A stretch of DNA of 64,000 bases from positions 372,001-436,000 of the forward strand of contig CM059433.1 in the NCBI GenBank assembly GCA_030390025.1, in the 5' to 3' direction. Of this stretch, positions 62,235 to 64,000 are shown one piece after another. This DNA is from Squalus acanthias. Its lineage: Eukaryota. Below the pieces are notes generated by a model. The model worked only from the letters and a program-made list of their open reading frames with translations, searched no databases and had not been told where the DNA came from. The position numbers and the translations under genes are program-made. Within the stretch, counting starts at the first letter, position 1. Each line of letters begins with the position of its first letter.

Positions 62235-63063
62235 TGTCCTCTCGCCGCCACTGCCGCCGCTTTTATATATGCAGGTGAGATATAATTCCAAGTATTACTA
62301 CCATTCACTTATCAGAAATAGTGGTGTACCTTACAATTCTCCAGCCAATGTTTTGTACAGTAAAGCTCCCCATAACTGCCTCAACTATGTGCCTTAATCT
62401 CAACCTCAAAAGATCACTTGATGCACCAGTTGACATTTCCATTTCCCACACCAACTATCCATATGCTTCCAGAATGAGATTGCCAGTCAGATTAGCTTTG
62501 TGCTGTGGGCCAACACTCACTAGGAACCTTGTTCAGGCAGCTCAAATTCTTTTCACTTGTCGTCATTATATAAGTAGACTTTCATCCCGTCTTTCTGGGA
62601 TGGATTTTAATCAAGATTGCAGAGGTGAAACAACAGTTTGTTCACTCACTACACCACCCAGTCCTCAGTGCTAATGACTTTTGATTCTGAATCTTAATTA
62701 TTGGATTTAGGTAACAGCAGCTTAATATTCTATTTTTTTCACAACAACTTGCACTTATAAAGGGCTTTTAAGTCAGGAAAACGTGCCAAGGCACTTCAGA
62801 GGAGTATATTCATGCAATAATTGATACCAACATATTGGGAGTGGTGATTAAAAGTTTGGTCAAAGAAGTTGGTTTTAAGGAGGGTCTTAAGGAGGAGAGA
62901 TCAGCCATAGAATCATAGAAATTTATGGCACAGAAGGGGGCCTTTCGGCCCATCGTGTCTGTGTCAGCTGAAAAAGAGCTATCCAGCCTAATCCCACTTT
63001 CCAGCTCTGCAGCTGTAGCCCCGTAGGTTACGGCACTTCAAGTGCATATCCAAGTACTTTTTA

Positions 63064-64000
63064 AGAACATAAGAACTTAAGAAATAGGAGCAGGAGTAGG
63101 CCAATTGGCCCCTCGAGCCTGCTCCGCCATTCAATAAGATCATGGCTGATCTGATCCTAACCGCCAATCTACTATCACAGAACCATCTCCTGAACCTAAC
63201 AGAATTGGACACATGAAATAGGAGCAGGAGCAGGATCAGGCTACACGGCCCCTGGGCCCGCTGCGCTACCCACAGGGCCATGACGATCCGAACCTAGACT
63301 CATGTCCAAATTCCTGCCCGCTCCCCGTAACCCTTAATTCCCTTTACTTCTAGGAAACTGTCTATTTCTGTTTTAAATTTATGTAATGATGTAGCTTCTA
63401 CAGCTTTTTGGGGCAGCATATTCCATGGACCTACCACCCTCTGAGTGAAGTAGTTCCTTCTCATCTCAGTTTTGAAAGAGCAGCCCCTTATTCTAAGACT
63501 ATGCCCCCTAGTTCTAGTTTCACCCATCATCGGGAACATCCTCCCCGCATCCACCCGATCCAACCCCTTCACAATCTTATATGTTTCAATAAGATCGCCT
63601 CTCATTCTTCTGAACTCCAATGAGTAGAGTCCCAATCTACCCAACCTCTCCTCATATGTCCATCCCCTCATCCCTGGGATTAACCGAGTGAACCTTCTTT
63701 GTACTGACTCGAGAGCAAGTATGTCTTTTCTTAAGTATGGACACCAAAACTGTATGCAGTATTCCAGGTGCGGTCTCACCAATACCTTGTACAACTGAAG
63801 CAATACCTCCCTATTTTTATATTCTATCCCCCTAGCAATGAAAGCCAACATTCCATTTGCCTTCTTAATCACTTGCTGCACCTGCATACTAACCTTTTGA
63901 GTTTCGTGCACCAGGACCCCCAGATCCCTTTGTACTTCAGTACTTTCCAGTTTCTTGCCATTAAGATAATAACTTGCTCTACTATTTTTCCTGCCAAAGT
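63064..64000 (-). mobile_element. CR1 3' part (continues beyond window), inserted next to older CR1/L2 tails at 62740-63060
   Basis: Open 203-aa ORF 63300-63911 (RPHLEYCIQFW, RGDLIETYK). Confidence 0.9.

Larger units (their letters stand above)
42254..62272 (-). mobile_element. One originally near-full-length CR1, split into pieces (42254-43098, 46265-46714, 56176-56559, 57650-60514, 62243-62272) by nested insertions
   Basis: CR1 sequence rejoins across each insertion (e.g. VSGHL|ENRNMIRQSQHG at 56176/46714); APE ~58120-58800, ORF1 ~59000-60020, 5' tandem repeat. Confidence 0.8.

Overview
Vertebrate, very probably shark/elasmobranch, intronic or intergenic DNA. The taxonomic call rests on HE1-type V-SINEs, SacSINE1/AmnSINE1-type Deu-SINEs and shark-like CR1 LINEs, all recognised from memory without a database search. 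I could not support any host protein-coding exon. Much of the window is transposable element: many CR1 fragments plus one near-full-length CR1, L2 fragments, a second APE-RT LINE family with a tRNA-like 5' head, two Penelope-like (PLE, GIY-YIG) families carrying minimal hammerhead ribozymes, PIF/Harbinger-type elements and MITEs with 3-bp W-rich TSDs, and a hAT MITE. Highlights: (1) A ~3.2 kb Harbinger-type family has no DDE transposase. It keeps a spliced 3-exon Myb/SANT + coiled-coil + AT-hook gene (open in one copy, ~489 aa) and a convergent ~100-aa acidic/polyQ ORF that is open in both copies. The two copies form an 8 kb inverted repeat. (2) A ~1.5 kb PLE palindrome with a TSD has a hammerhead on each strand. 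(3) A young PLE appears to have inserted into the hammerhead of an older PLE. (4) One CR1 is stretched over ~20 kb by multi-level nested insertions. (5) A MITE family carries housekeeping-promoter motifs and three spacing-conserved splice donors. Boundaries without a TIR or TSD are approximate.
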